Shown here: piece after piece, positions 11,758-25,300 of the stretch | Position numbering within the stretch: position 1 is the stretch's first letter | Layout: every line of letters starts with the position of its first letter | Assembly (NCBI GenBank): GCA_002104945.1 | Contig: MCFH01000003.1 | Coordinates: forward strand, 1-64,000 | DNA: 64,000 bases | Source of the DNA: Piromyces finnis finn | Lineage: Eukaryota > Fungi > Neocallimastigomycota | Direction of reading: 5' to 3' | The notes under the pieces: model-generated | Told to the model about the DNA's origin: nothing | Databases searched by the model: none | Seen by the model: only the letters and a program-made list of their open reading frames with translations | Program-made: the position numbers and the translations under genes

Positions 11758-12885
11758 TGTCACGAATACTAGTGAAATTACAATTTCAAGATCACTTGGA
11801 ATTGTGAAATCACTTATGAAAATTCAAAATCAACAAATAGTTTATTTTCAAATAAATTATAAAATTATATTAAGAAATATTTAAAAATTTAGGAAAGGTT
11901 AAAATATGACCTTAACCCTTAATAATTTTTATAATAAATAACTTTAACCCTTATCGTTAAAATGGAATAAGAAAAAACACGCGTATCTCCTCAACGAATG
12001 ACGATTTTTGAATAAAAATGTTTTGGTTATAATTACGTTCGTTAGAAAGCCACGCTCGAGACAAACAACATATCTTAAAATCAGGTCAATATCTCTGCTG
12101 GTTCACGAGATATTCCAATTCAAAGATATTTTGTTAGCAATGATTAATTGTTTATTCAGAGAATGATCACCCCTGATATATCAAACATAAATCATTCACT
12201 CAAAGTATAAAAATTATTGTTTAATTAAATTAAAATTATTTTCCGGAACTAATTAACTTTATTTTATAATAATTATTTCAATAACATAATTTATAATCTT
12301 TGAACTAGAGGATTATAATTATTAATATTATATTCAATGAATTATATTATAATTAAGAAATAATTAATATTATGAATATTATAAACAATAGTTATTTTTT
12401 AATAATTAGGAATAAGTCTTAAGTTTAGTTTAAGTATTATAAAATATATTATGAATATAATCATGTATTGAAAAGTTATTTTATTATTAAATGTAAAATT
12501 ACAAATAGTATAAATAGTTTAGAATAGTTATGAAATTAAAATCTTTGTAAAGATTATTAACCAAAAATTATTAACCATAAATTATTAAATTATTAACTAT
12601 AAATTATTAACTAAAGATTATTAACTAGAAATTATTAACTATTAATAATAATTAATACTTAATGAGTATTACTACTAAATAATCTTATTATTATATTTTA
12701 GCAATATATTATTAAATAAAATAAAAGAAATTATTTTAACCATAATATATAATATAATTATTCATTTATAAATCAATTAAGATTATTTTAATAAAACATT
12801 TTTTTTTTCTAACCTAGTTATCTTTTAACCTTTTATTTAATTTAATATTTTAATATTAAATTATAAGTTTAGTAAAACTTTTACA
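11758..12885 (+). repeat. C 5' LTR (1128 bp)
   Basis: TGTCACG...TTTTACA termini. Repeated at 18490-19617 and, inverted, at 29472-30599. Confidence 0.95.
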
Positions 12886-12951
12886 ATAATCTTTACCGCG
12901 TTTTTTACCATAACTACCTTAGGAAAAAACTTAATTTAAAAATTTAAAAAA

Positions 12952-13863
12952 ATGACTCAACCAACACCTAAACCAGTTCAACAATTCCTAAAGCCTCAAG
13001 ATTTAGAAGAATTTAAGAAAAATCTTTGTGGTGAATTAGACAAGTATATCACTCAACAATTGGATAAAAATACCACCTCCTTGTTAGAACGTATGGATGC
13101 TATGTTAAAGGAACTTAAGAGTCGTGCTAATTATACTGAAACCGAAGAATCTCCTACTGATTATGATGAAGATCATGATGTTATAATGCGTAATAGAACC
13201 TATCCTATCAAACAAGTACCAGATCCAGGATTCTTTACTGGTGATACTACTCAGACTGAGTTATTCTGCGAACTCTGCCAAGCTACCTTTAAAACTCCAC
13301 CTAACAATCAACTATCTGAAGAAGTAAAAATTAACTTTGTTGTTGTTAGATTACGTGATTCTGCCAGAACTTGGTATCATATTAAATATAAAGATGGTAT
13401 TACTCCTATGACTATGAACGAACTATTAAGTGAATTAAACGAAGCTTTTTCAAATGTTACCAGTACCAAATTAGCCATGATTCAATTAATAGAATTAAGA
13501 CAAGCTTATGGAAAAGTGAACGATTATATTAACAAATTTAGAGATTTAAGTCGTTGTTTAGAGATAGATGACATTAGTCTTTCACTAATATTTTTAAATG
13601 GTTTACATCCAAAATATAAGAATGAAATTAAGAAAGCTGATATTTTACCTAACACTTTAAGTGAAATGGTTACAAAGTGTATAATTTTTGAAAATTCTCT
13701 TGCTACTAATAATAAATTAAATATCAATAATAATAATAATAAAAATCAACATTACAATAAGAGAAACAATAGGAAATTCAATAAGAATAAAACCCATTAT
13801 CAAAATTCAAACAATAATAATAATTATGTCAATAAAGTTCAAAAAATGAACTCAAAAAACTAA
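12952..13863 (+). CDS. C Gag
   Basis: Retrotrans_gag-like (RLRDSARTWY...LRQ..GKVNDYINKFRDL...FLNGL) with Asn-rich tail. Ends at slippery A AAA AAC. Confidence 0.88.
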   Translation: MTQPTPKPVQQFLKPQDLEEFKKNLCGELDKYITQQLDKNTTSLLERMDAMLKELKSRANYTETEESPTDYDEDHDVIMRNRTYPIKQVPDPGFFTGDTTQTELFCELCQATFKTPPNNQLSEEVKINFVVVRLRDSARTWYHIKYKDGITPMTMNELLSELNEAFSNVTSTKLAMIQLIELRQAYGKVNDYINKFRDLSRCLEIDDISLSLIFLNGLHPKYKNEIKKADILPNTLSEMVTKCIIFENSLATNNKLNINNNNNKNQHYNKRNNRKFNKNKTHYQNSNNNNNYVNKVQKMNSKN

Positions 13864-13898
13864 GAAATGAACTCTCAAGAGAGTCTAAGAGAGTTCAT
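13854..13898 (+). promoter_or_regulatory. C -1 ribosomal frameshift signal
   Basis: AAAAAAC 13854-13860, 6-nt spacer, perfect 10-bp stem ATGAACTCTC/GAGAGTTCAT. The -1 frame is open into pol. Confidence 0.82.
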
Positions 13899-13955
13899 AA
13901 TACAAAAATAATACATTACAACTTTCCTACATATGACTCTAAAATAAATAAAAAA

Positions 13956-16900
13956 TTGCCTACAACATTTTTCAACTTAAAATTTTTTATCCCAATTAAA
14001 TTAAACAAACTTTATGATTTAAAAAATTTAATTAATAAAAATCAATACAATTTAATTTTAGATAGTGGCTCATATTGCAACTTTATTTCAATCAACTTGG
14101 TCAATAAATTAAAACTAAAACCACACAAATTATTACACTCAATTGAAATAAATGGAATTAGTGGTTCAATATTTATTGATACATACACCTTCTTATATTT
14201 TAAGACTACTATCTATAATAATCATTCAAAATTTTTAATTACTTTTAAAGAAAAATTTCTAATTATTAAAAATCTTCCAACAGATTTGTTATTAGGCAAT
14301 AAATTTTTACACAAATATCAACTACATTTTAATTATAATAAAAATTTTGTATATTCAAGTTTAAATTTTAACAATTTTAAAAAATTAAATTCTAATAAAA
14401 TTATATATAAAATTAATAAAAACCGATTGAATAAATCCAAAAATTTAAAAATTAAAAACATTAATCATAATAAATTAACTTCCAATACATCTTTTAATAA
14501 TTTGAAAAATTACTCTAAACCAAAATATCAAAATTTCAGCTATAATTACTTTATTCACTCATTTTTAGCTAATAGTGAAAAAGATTATAATACTGATGAT
14601 GAAGATGATAATGAAGAAGACTTCAAATTAGAAGAAGTACCAGAACCATATCGTGATTTAGCGGAAGTTTTCAGCAAGGTTAAGGCTGATAAACTACCAC
14701 CACATAGGCTAACGGATTGTAAAATCGTTTTACAAAAAGATGCTTCTTTACATTATGGTCCTATATATCCTCTATCTGAAGATGAATCCCAAGTTCTTAA
14801 AGAATACATAGATGAAAATCTCAAGAAAGGATTCATTAGACCATCTGAATCTCCAGCTGGTTATCCTGTTTTATTTCAGAAAAAGAAGGATGGATCGTTA
14901 CGTCTTTGTATTGATTACAAAAAATTAAATGCAGTTACAATTCGCAATTCTTACCCACTTCCTCTAATTACTGATATTATCGAAAGAGTGAAAGGTGCTA
15001 AATTCTTTTCAAAATTAGATCTTCGTTCTGCTTACAATTTAGTGCGTATTCGTGAAGGAGACGAATATAAGACAGCTTTTAGAACTAAATATGGTCACTA
15101 TGAATATTTAGTAATGCCTTTTGGTTTAAGAAATGCCCCTGCTACATTTCAATCATTTATTAATTCAGTATTACGCCCTTATTTAGAAAAATTTGTTATT
15201 TTATATTTAGATGATATTCTGATTTACTCGGAAACATTAGATGAACATATACAACATGTTCGTACTGTTCTCCAAACATTACTCAAAAATAATTTATTTG
15301 CTAAATTAAAGAAATGTGAATTTCACAAGCCAGAAGTTGAATTTTTAGGACACGTTATATCAGGCAATGGTATATCTACTGATCCAAAGAAAATTAAATC
15401 TGTCCAAGAATGGCCTACACCTAATTGTGTAAAAGATGTTCAACGCTTTGTTGGATTATGATTATGCAACTATTATAGAAGATTTATAAAAGATTTTGCT
15501 ACTATTGCTAAACCGCTTCACAATTTAATAAAGAAAAATACTAGTTTTAATTGGAATGATAAATGTAATAACTCATTTTTAGAATTAAAAAAGAGACTAA
15601 TCTCTTCACCTATTTTATTACATCCAGATCCAACCAAACCATTTATTGTCGAATGCGATGCTAGTAATTTTGCCATTGGTTGTATACTTTCTCAAAAGGA
15701 TGAAGATAACAAATTACATCCTGTGGCATATTATTCAAGATGTTTAAACAATGCTGAATTAAATTATTCAATTACTGAAAAGGAACTTTTAGCTATAAAA
15801 TGTGCATTTTCTACCTGGAGACATTTATTACTAGGTGCTAAATACCAAGTAACCGTTTTTACTGACCATAAAAACCTTCTATACACCTTAGGTGGTAAAG
15901 TCGGAAACCAACGTCAACATCGTTGGCATTTATTTTTCCAAGAATATAATTTTCAATTAATATACCGCCAAGGAAGAAAAAATGGTAAACCTGATAGTTT
16001 GTCAAGAAGACCTGATTACGAGAAAAATAATGTTGAACCTAAACCAGAACATATATTAGATTATAAAAACGTTCCCGATACTCCATGTTTTGTTGGTATT
16101 GTTGGTTCCCTCATTGATCAAATAATCGAAAATTATAAGGATGATGAAAATGCGAATAATATTTATCTTTACTTTAGTCCTAATAATGCTAATCAAGGTT
16201 ACTTTTACAGACCTTTCAGAAAAATGGAAAAATTTAAAATAAAAAATAATTTAATTTTATATAATAATTTAATTTGTACCAGAAAAACTTCATGTAGATA
16301 TTCTAACCAGGTACCATGATAACGCTACTGCTGGTCATTTAGGTATTCGAAGAACTGAAGAACTAATTAACCGTAATTTTTGGTGGCCTAAAATGCATCA
16401 AGATATCGTAAATTTTGTCAATTCTTGCGAACAATGTTCCAGAAATAAAGTTAATAGACATAAAAGATATGATCTTTTAAGACCTTTAGAAATTCCTGAT
16501 CGCCCTTGGAAATCTATTGAAATCGATTTTCTTTGTGGTCTCCCTGAATCAAAAAAGTTTTCCGTTATAATGGTTGTTGTAGATCGCTTTTCAAAAATGA
16601 TTCACCTTATTCCGTTCAAAGAAATACCTACAGCTGAAGAAACTGCCAAAGCTTTCCTAAAAAATATTTTTAAACTCCATGGACTACCTACAGATATTTA
16701 TACGGACAGAGGAACACAATTTACTAGTGCTTTATGGATAGAAATTATGGAAAAATTGCGTGTTAAGCCAAAAATAGCTACCACAGATCACCATGAGACC
16801 GTTGGTCAAGTAGAACGTTGTAACTCTTTCATTGAACAATATTTACGTTGCTATTCAAGAACATTTTTCCACGATGACTGGATTGAATGGTTACATCTAG

Positions 16901-17565
16901 CTGAATTTGTTTATAATAATACAGTTCATGAATCTACAAAACAAACTCCATTTTTCATTAATTATGGATTCCACCCACCTATGGATGATGTCTTTTTGTT
17001 TCAAGGTTCTGATTCAAACTTTAAATACATTAAAGATGTTAGTAAAAATTTCCTTTTAGTTAAAGATGTTTTGCTTAGATCTCAAGATTTATACAAAAGA
17101 GCTGCCGATAAGAAAAGAATTATTGCTCCTGAATTGAATGAAGGACAAAAAGTTTGGATTCATGCACCTCCTGCTTTTGCTACTACTGAAAATGCCAAAC
17201 TAGCGCCTCGTAAGTATGGTCCTTACAAGGTTTTAGAAGTTTTAAACAATGGTAATTATAAAATAGATATTTCAAAATCACCTTTTCCAAAACACCACCC
17301 TGTATTTCACATATCGGAACTTGAACCTTATGTATCTACGCCAGATAAATTTAAAAATAGATTTAAATATAAAGAAACTAATGCAGAAATTATAGAAATT
17401 GGTGACTTTAGGACAAATTATAAAGAAAAACGCTACGAATATAAAATTCGTTATAATCACCGCCTAAGTTGGCACTGGGTTCCTGCTACAGTAATAGAAA
17501 GTAACCCAAGATATCAAGAATTATTAATTCAATTCAATAAAAGTATTAGAAAACACAAAATCTAA
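13956..17565 (+). pseudogene. C pol (PR-RT-RH-IN-chromodomain-like) broken into ORFs 13956-15461, 15723-16319 and 16393-17565
   Basis: LILDSGS and YLDD motifs. A 6-bp duplication (ATTATG) creates an in-frame TGA at 15459-15461. A frameshift near 16275 interrupts the YVPEK motif. Confidence 0.9.
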
Positions 17566-18489
17566 TTCTTTAAATTGCATTTCAACAATTTTATTTTTTA
17601 AAAAATTTATTAATATCTTTCACTAACATTATGTTTTATTATAATTTGTATTACTCATCTAATACATTTCAACACAAATTTCAAAAATTTTTTCTATGAA
17701 TGTTAAATTTCAATTCAATAATTTTTGATCCAACAATTTTATCAATTTATTTAATTTAAAACACAAAATTTTTATAATGAAAATTAAATATTTAAAGAGA
17801 ATAATTTTCAATTTATTTTAGCAGTACAATTACAAATATTTATATGTTGTTAATGCTTATTTTATTCTCTATTCAATAGTATCAATTTCAATATTGTCAC
17901 TATCTCGATCGATCATTAAAATCAATATTCTTTCAGTGACATTTTTTCAAAAAGTTTAGTTCAAAATTTTTTTTGTATTTAATGAAAAAATTTTTTATTA
18001 TTAAAAATTTTTCAAAAATTTCAAAAATTTTTTTTTTTTTTCAAAATCATATTAATTAAAGTTTATTTGATCAATTTTTGAAATTTCAATTATTTTAGCA
18101 AATGTTAACATTTTTCAAAAATAAAAAGTGTTTCAATATCCTAGGAATAATATTTCTTATTCAAATTTTAATTTTTCGTACGAATTTCAATTTTTTCACT
18201 CAATGATCAATTTAAATTTCAACATTTCTTTCAAAAATTTTATGAATTTGACTGAATGTTACACAAGAAAATATTTTTTAATTTTATTTCATATATTGCA
18301 ATATATTCAACATATTATATTAAATATATTCTTTATTTAGTTACCATTTTATTTCATGTTACACATACAACTATATATTGGTTTATATTTAATATATACT
18401 ACTTCAATTTATTTCAATTATACTTTATTATACAACTTTATTTTATATTATTTCAATCGCCTGGTATTCGATTTTTTTTGGCGGAGCGA

Positions 18490-19617
18490 TGTCACGAATA
18501 CTAGTGAAATTACAATTTCAAGATCACTTGGAATTGTGAAATCACTTATGAAAATTCAAAATCAACAAATAGTTTATTTTCAAATAAATTATAAAATTAT
18601 ATTAAGAAATATTTAAAAATTTAGGAAAGGTTAAAATATGACCTTAACCCTTAATAATTTTTATAATAAATAACTTTAACCCTTATCGTTAAAATGGAAT
18701 AAGAAAAAACACGCGTATCTCCTCAACGAATGACGATTTTTGAATAAAAATGTTTTGGTTATAATTACGTTCGTTAGAAAGCCACGCTCGAGACAAACAA
18801 CATATCTTAAAATCAGGTCAATATCTCTGCTGGTTCACGAGATATTCCAATTCAAAGATATTTTGTTAGCAATGATTAATTGTTTATTCAGAGAATGATC
18901 ACCCCTGATATATCAAACATAAATCATTCACTCAAAGTATAAAAATTATTGTTTAATTAAATTAAAATTATTTTCCGGAACTAATTAACTTTATTTTATA
19001 ATAATTATTTCAATAACATAATTTATAATCTTTGAACTAGAGGATTATAATTATTAATATTATATTCAATGAATTATATTATAATTAAGAAATAATTAAT
19101 ATTATGAATATTATAAACAATAGTTATTTTTTAATAATTAGGAATAAGTCTTAAGTTTAGTTTAAGTATTATAAAATATATTATGAATATAATCATGTAT
19201 TGAAAAGTTATTTTATTATTAAATGTAAAATTACAAATAGTATAAATAGTTTAGAATAGTTATGAAATTAAAATCTTTGTAAAGATTATTAACCAAAAAT
19301 TATTAACCATAAATTATTAAATTATTAACTATAAATTATTAACTAAAGATTATTAACTAGAAATTATTAACTATTAATAATAATTAATACTTAATGAGTA
19401 TTACTACTAAATAATCTTATTATTATATTTTAGCAATATATTATTAAATAAAATAAAAGAAATTATTTTAACCATAATATATAATATAATTATTCATTTA
19501 TAAATCAATTAAGATTATTTTAATAAAACATTTTTTTTTTCTAACCTAGTTATCTTTTAACCTTTTATTTAATTTAATATTTTAATATTAAATTATAAGT
19601 TTAGTAAAACTTTTACA
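18490..19617 (+). repeat. C 3' LTR (1128 bp)
   Basis: Matches 11758-12885. Preceded by the PPT. Confidence 0.95.
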
Positions 19618-20064
19618 AACCATATATTCTGGTTAACATTTATTGGCCAGAAATATGCATAACCATATATTAATGGTTATTAAATAAATACAAAGTTTAT
19701 TTACTTCACCCAATCAAGTGGTTTAGTAAATAAACTATTATAGTTAAATAGTATAGTCTAAACTAACGTTAAACACTTTAGCGTTAGTATTAAAGTAAAT
19801 TAATAGCTATAATAATAATTAATGTATATAATTATAACTAATAAATAAAAGATAATAATTATAATAATTATTTAAGTAAATAATATTTCATATTAATATT
19901 TATTTGTTTTATATTTATTTTTGTGTTATAATATTTATTTTAGTTCTTTTATTATTTTTTATAAAACTTTATTTAGTTATTAACTCGTATAGAGAGGTAA
20001 TAACTAACTTAATTAGCTTGTTTTATTTAACCTATTAACTAACATATATAAAAAACCTTTTACA
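19618..20064 (+). repeat. G-family solo LTR, 3' part (5' part at 30600-30653, inverted)
   Basis: Matches the intact G LTR 51094-51588 from AACCATAT onward. Ends CCTTTTACA followed by TSD AATTT. Confidence 0.88.
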
Positions 20065-20123
20065 AATTTTGTTGGTACACCACATTCAGAAAAATGCAAT
20101 AAATCCATATATTTGGTAAATGA

Positions 20124-21263
20124 TGTGAAGATATTAACTGGATTTAAAACAAATTCAGATAATATCTATAATTAATTAAACATAATGATTATAATTAAAT
20201 AATTTCAATAATTATTTTAAAACACTTTTAAAAGTCACCTTTTAAATTTTGATTCAGTGAAAGGGTTATGATTTCAAAAATTTAATATCAATACACTATA
20301 ACCCTTAACCAAAAATAAGCAAGTACGAAATAAGGCGTAACTCGCCAAAAACGATCGCTACGGCTGTAAGTGCTACGGTGATGAAACTAGGTTTATTGGA
20401 AAGCTTAGGAAGAAAGCTACAATTTGGTACAATCGCGGTCCTTCTAACTGATCATTTAAGGAAGTTATGATCATTTAAAGATTTTATTAGGTAAATTAAA
20501 ATCAATATGATATCAAGTATGGATCATAAATATTTCTTATGACTTGATGAAATTAAAAATATATCAATAGGAATTTTAGTTATATTAATTTAATTAATGA
20601 TAACGATTGTTACTAAAAATAGAACTAGACCCATTTAGGTGTAACAGTTAACACCTATAAATTAAATAATCTTAATTATTATAAAATAGGTTAACGGCAA
20701 GTTTTATTAGAAATAATTTTGAAAATAATAATTATTTAATTATAACAAATATGTTATGGTAATATCAATTAATAATGATGAATTATTAATTGAATAGTTT
20801 TTATAATTACTAATTAGGATCAACTGTTTAAATGATTAATCATATGTTTATTTTATTTTATGTCATGACAAACAAACAAACAAACAAACAAACAAACAAT
20901 CTTATTACTTATTTAATTATATTACTAATATATTACATGTAATACTTTATTCTTATTAATATCAATTTAATAATCTGAACAAAGAATATAAAAGAAAATG
21001 AATTGAATTCGATTTTAATTCTTTGTAAAGATTATAGTTATAATCTTAATTATATAGTTACTTATAATATCATTTATATTATTATTATTAAATAAATAAA
21101 AAATTTATAAAAAGTTATTTTAAAGTAAATATAAATTTTTCATTTTTCATTTGGGAGTTTAAGGTGTTATTTTATAATTAAATTTAATTTCTTAAAAAAC
21201 ATTTTTACTATATAATTAATAACATTCTGACCTGGCCGCATAACCAAACCCAAAAACTTAACA
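20124..21263 (+). repeat. D 5' LTR (1140 bp)
   Basis: TGTGAAG...CTTAACA termini with a (CAAA)n tract. Confidence 0.95.
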
Positions 21264-21298
21264 ATAATCTTTACCCGCTTTTTAGTGGCTACTTTAGA

Positions 21299-22321
21299 AT
21301 GTTCACTCCGGTTCCTAATTTCCCAGACGAGGTAAACCAACTAAGAGAGGATGCTACTCAGACTGCCAAGGATATCATTGAGGGTATCAATGAAAATTTG
21401 GTTTTCCGTGAAGATTTTCAAAATTTTTCCAATGATGTGAATAATCGTTTAAATGAAATCATGAGTGTATTAACCAATATGAATAATAATCAAACTGCTC
21501 AGAATGAAGATGAACAACCATTGTTACATACCAATTATGATAGGATAGCTACTCCAAGACCTACTGTCTTTAGAGATGATGAATCTACTTCAACAAGATT
21601 TGATTTGGATCATGATGTTATCATGAGAGGCCGTTTTGCTACTCCAATCACTCAAGTGCCAGATCCAGGTATGTTCTCCGGTAAGACTAGTGATACCGAT
21701 TTGTTTTGTCAATTATGTGAAGATACTTTCAAAACTCTACCAAATCGAACTTTACCAGAAGAAACAAAAATTAATTTTGTACAATCCCGTCTTCGTGATG
21801 CTGCTAGAAATTGGTATCTTGCCAAGTACAAGGATAATATTTATCCATCTACCATGCAAGAATTGTTGGATGGACTAAGAATTGCTTTCTCAAATGTTGC
21901 TAGTTACAAGATAGCTAAAATCAAAATAATGCGTTTAAAACAACAATATGGTAAAATAAATGATTATATCGAGGAATTCCGCTCTCTTTCACAACAATTT
22001 AAATGGAATGAAGAAGCATTATCTTTAATCTTTTATAATGGTTTACATCCCAAATATCAGGAAGAAATTGAAAAGATGGAGGTATTTCCAACCACCATGG
22101 AGTCCATTATAACTAGATGTATTTTGATCGAAAGTTTTCTTTCTACAAAGAATAAGATTAACCAGTCTTCCAACTCTAAATCTAACAAGAAAAGAAATTC
22201 ACATTTCAACCACCACAGATCATACAACAACAACAACAATAACAACAATAACTTCCAAAAATATAATAATAATTACAATAACAACAATTATAAAGCTCAA
22301 AAAATTAGTTCAAAAAACTAA
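21299..22321 (+). CDS. D Gag
   Basis: Homologous to C Gag (DHDVIMR..QVPDPG.F.G....LFC.LC), Asn-rich tail, ends A AAA AAC TAA. Confidence 0.88.
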   Translation: MFTPVPNFPDEVNQLREDATQTAKDIIEGINENLVFREDFQNFSNDVNNRLNEIMSVLTNMNNNQTAQNEDEQPLLHTNYDRIATPRPTVFRDDESTSTRFDLDHDVIMRGRFATPITQVPDPGMFSGKTSDTDLFCQLCEDTFKTLPNRTLPEETKINFVQSRLRDAARNWYLAKYKDNIYPSTMQELLDGLRIAFSNVASYKIAKIKIMRLKQQYGKINDYIEEFRSLSQQFKWNEEALSLIFYNGLHPKYQEEIEKMEVFPTTMESIITRCILIESFLSTKNKINQSSNSKSNKKRNSHFNHHRSYNNNNNNNNNFQKYNNNYNNNNYKAQKISSKN

Positions 22322-22344
22322 ATAAAGGACTTCCATTGAAGTCC
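22312..22344 (+). promoter_or_regulatory. D -1 ribosomal frameshift signal
   Basis: AAAAAAC 22312-22318, 8-nt spacer, stem GGACTTC/GAAGTCC. The -1 frame is open into pol. Confidence 0.8.
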
Positions 22345-25300
22345 CATCACCACTCGAATACAAAAATATTAAACTACACTTTTCCCACTATCAACAAAGA
22401 TAATACATTACCTTCAACATTTTTCACTTTTAATACATATGTATTATCCAATAATGGAGGTACAAATAATGTACATAATAAAATTGCATGTACATCACTA
22501 TTAGATAGTGGATCTTATTGTAATTTTATGTCGTACAAACTATTACGTACATTACAATTACATCCTCATAAAATTAATAATGTTATCACTGTACAAGGTA
22601 TCAGTGGTACCTCAATTGAACTTGATGAATATATCAACCTAAACTTTCAGTTAAAACTATTTATCAACAATAAATTCCATTTCATCAATTTCAAAGAAAA
22701 ATTTTTACTAGCGGATTATATTCCGACAGATTTATTATTTGGAAATATATTCATGTCCAAATATGAAATTCATTATAATTATAATAAAAATTATTTATAT
22801 TCAAATTTAAAATATGATTTTAACAGAAAGAAATTCAATATGAAGCATGCTACTAAATTTTTAAAATTAGAACAATTCATTTCTTATAATAGAAATGACA
22901 TAAATGTTACACCTACCACTTCTACAGGTGTAAATAACACAAAAAATAAAAATAAAAATTATTCCACCAATTTTTATAATTTAAAAAATAAAATTCATAA
23001 TTTTTATTTCAGATCTAAAACCTTTAGTAAGAAGAAAAATGGTCGATTCCACAAATTTAACCCTAAACGTTCCAAATTTTTTAGAAAAGTTATATTAAAT
23101 AAAAATAATTATGATAGATATAATTATAATTATTTAATTCATACTTTTTTGTCCGAAAAACCAGAAGAAGTAAGCAATTTAGAAGAACATACTATTGAAG
23201 ATATTCCAAAACCCTATCGAGATTTGGCAAAAGTTTTCAGCAAACAAGAAGCTGATAAACTACCACCACATAGAATTACAGATTGTAAAATAGTACTAGA
23301 AAAAGATGCTACTCTTCATTATGGTCCCATCTATCCCTTATCAGAAGAAGAATCAAAAGTTTTAGAAGAGTATATCAAGGAAAATTTAGAAAAAGGCTTT
23401 ATTAGACCATCCGAATCACCTGCAGGATATCCAGTGGTGTTCCAGAAAAAGAAAGATGGTACTCTTAGAGTTTGTATTGATTATAAAAAACTCAATTCTG
23501 TAACGATACGTAACTCCTACCCAATACCACTTATTACCGACATTATAGAACGTGTCAAAGGTGCAAAGTATTTCACCAAGCTCGACTTACGCTCTGCTTA
23601 TAATTTAGTTAGAATAAGAAATGGTGATGAATATAAAACTGCTTTTCGCACAAAGTTTGGTCACTATGAATATTTAGTGATGCCATTTGGTTTACGTAAC
23701 GCTCCTGCTACTTTTCAGGCATTTATAAATTCTGTTCTCAGACCTTTCTTGGAAAAATCTGTTATTCTCTATTTGGATGATATTCTTATATTTTCAAAAA
23801 CCTTAGAAGAACACCACCAACATGTACGTGAAGTTCTTTCTAAACTATTAGAAAATAATTTATATGCTAAACTTCCTTAATGTGAATTTGACAAACCACA
23901 AGTTGAATTCTTAGGATATGTTATTTCAGGTTCAGGAATTGCTACCGACCCAAAAAAGATAGAGTCAATCAAAAATTGGCCTATTCCTACTACAGTTAAG
24001 GATGTACAAAGATTTTTAGGTCTTTGTAACTACTATAGACGCTTTGTAATGAATTTTGCAGACTTGGCTAAACCCCTCCACAACCTAACAAAAAAGAATG
24101 CAAAGTTCAAATGGTCCACAGAATGTGAATCCTCATTTAACATTTTAAAAACGCGTTTAACTTCAGCACCTATTTTATCACATCCTGATCCTCAAAAACA
24201 ATATATTTTAGAATGTGATGCAAGTAATGTTGCTATCGGTTCTATACTTTCTCAATATGATTCAGAAAATCGTCTACATCCTGTTGCTTACTACTCCAGA
24301 AGTCTAAGTAGTTCTGAAGTTAATTATTCTATAACAGATAAAGAACTATTAGCCATTAAGGATTCTTTCTCTACTTGGAGGCACCTTCTTCTTGGTGCTA
24401 AATATAAAATAAAAGTTTACACTGATCATAGAAATTTACTTTATACTCTTGGAGGAAAGGTAGGTAATCAAAGACAACATCGTTGGCACCTTTTCTTTCA
24501 AGAATACGACTTTGAACTTATATACAGACAAGGTCGTAAGAATGGTAAACCTGATAGTCTATCTCGCAGACCTGACTACATGGATAGGACTTATGAAGAA
24601 AAGCCAGAATATATTTTAGACTCAAAAAATGTAAAACTAATACCAAGTTTCATTGGTATTATGAGTAACTTCTTGGAACAAGTTATTCAATACTTAAAGG
24701 ACGACGAAACTGCTAAGGATATTATGCTATATTTCAGCCCACATAATGACCAAAAGGCTTATAGACCATTTAGGAAAATGAACAAGTTTGAATTAAAAAA
24801 TAATCTTATTTTATATAATAACTTAGTTTATATCCCTGAGAAACTACGTTTAGATGTTCTTATGAAATATCATGAACAACCCTCTGCTGGACATCTTGGT
24901 ATAAAAAGGACTTTAGAATTGATAACTCGAAATTTTTGGTGGCCTAAAATTAAGGATGATGTCACTAAATTTGTTAATTCTTGTGAAACATGCACAAGAA
25001 ATAAAGTAACTAGACATCGGAAATATGGAAAATTACAACCTTTAGATACTCCAGAACGTCCATGGAAATCTATAGAAATTGACTTTCTTTGTGGCCTTCC
25101 TGAGTCTAAAGGGTACACCGTAATTATGGTAGTGGTTGACCGCTTTTCTAAAATGATTCACTTAGTGCCGTTTAAACAAGTTCCAAACGCAGCACAAACT
25201 GCAAAAGCTTTTTTGAACAATGTATATCGTTTACATGGTCTCCCTTATGACCTATATACTGATAGAGGCTCACAATTTACAAGTGATGTTTGGCTCGAAT

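Larger units (their letters stand above)
11758..19617 (+). mobile_element. Ty3/gypsy chromovirus element C (defective pol)
   Basis: 1128-bp LTRs at 11758-12885 and 18490-19617, PBS ATAATCTTTAC 12886-12896, gag and pol in different frames, PPT GGCGGAGCGA. Flanks ATATT/AACCA do not match (see inversion finding). Confidence 0.95.
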
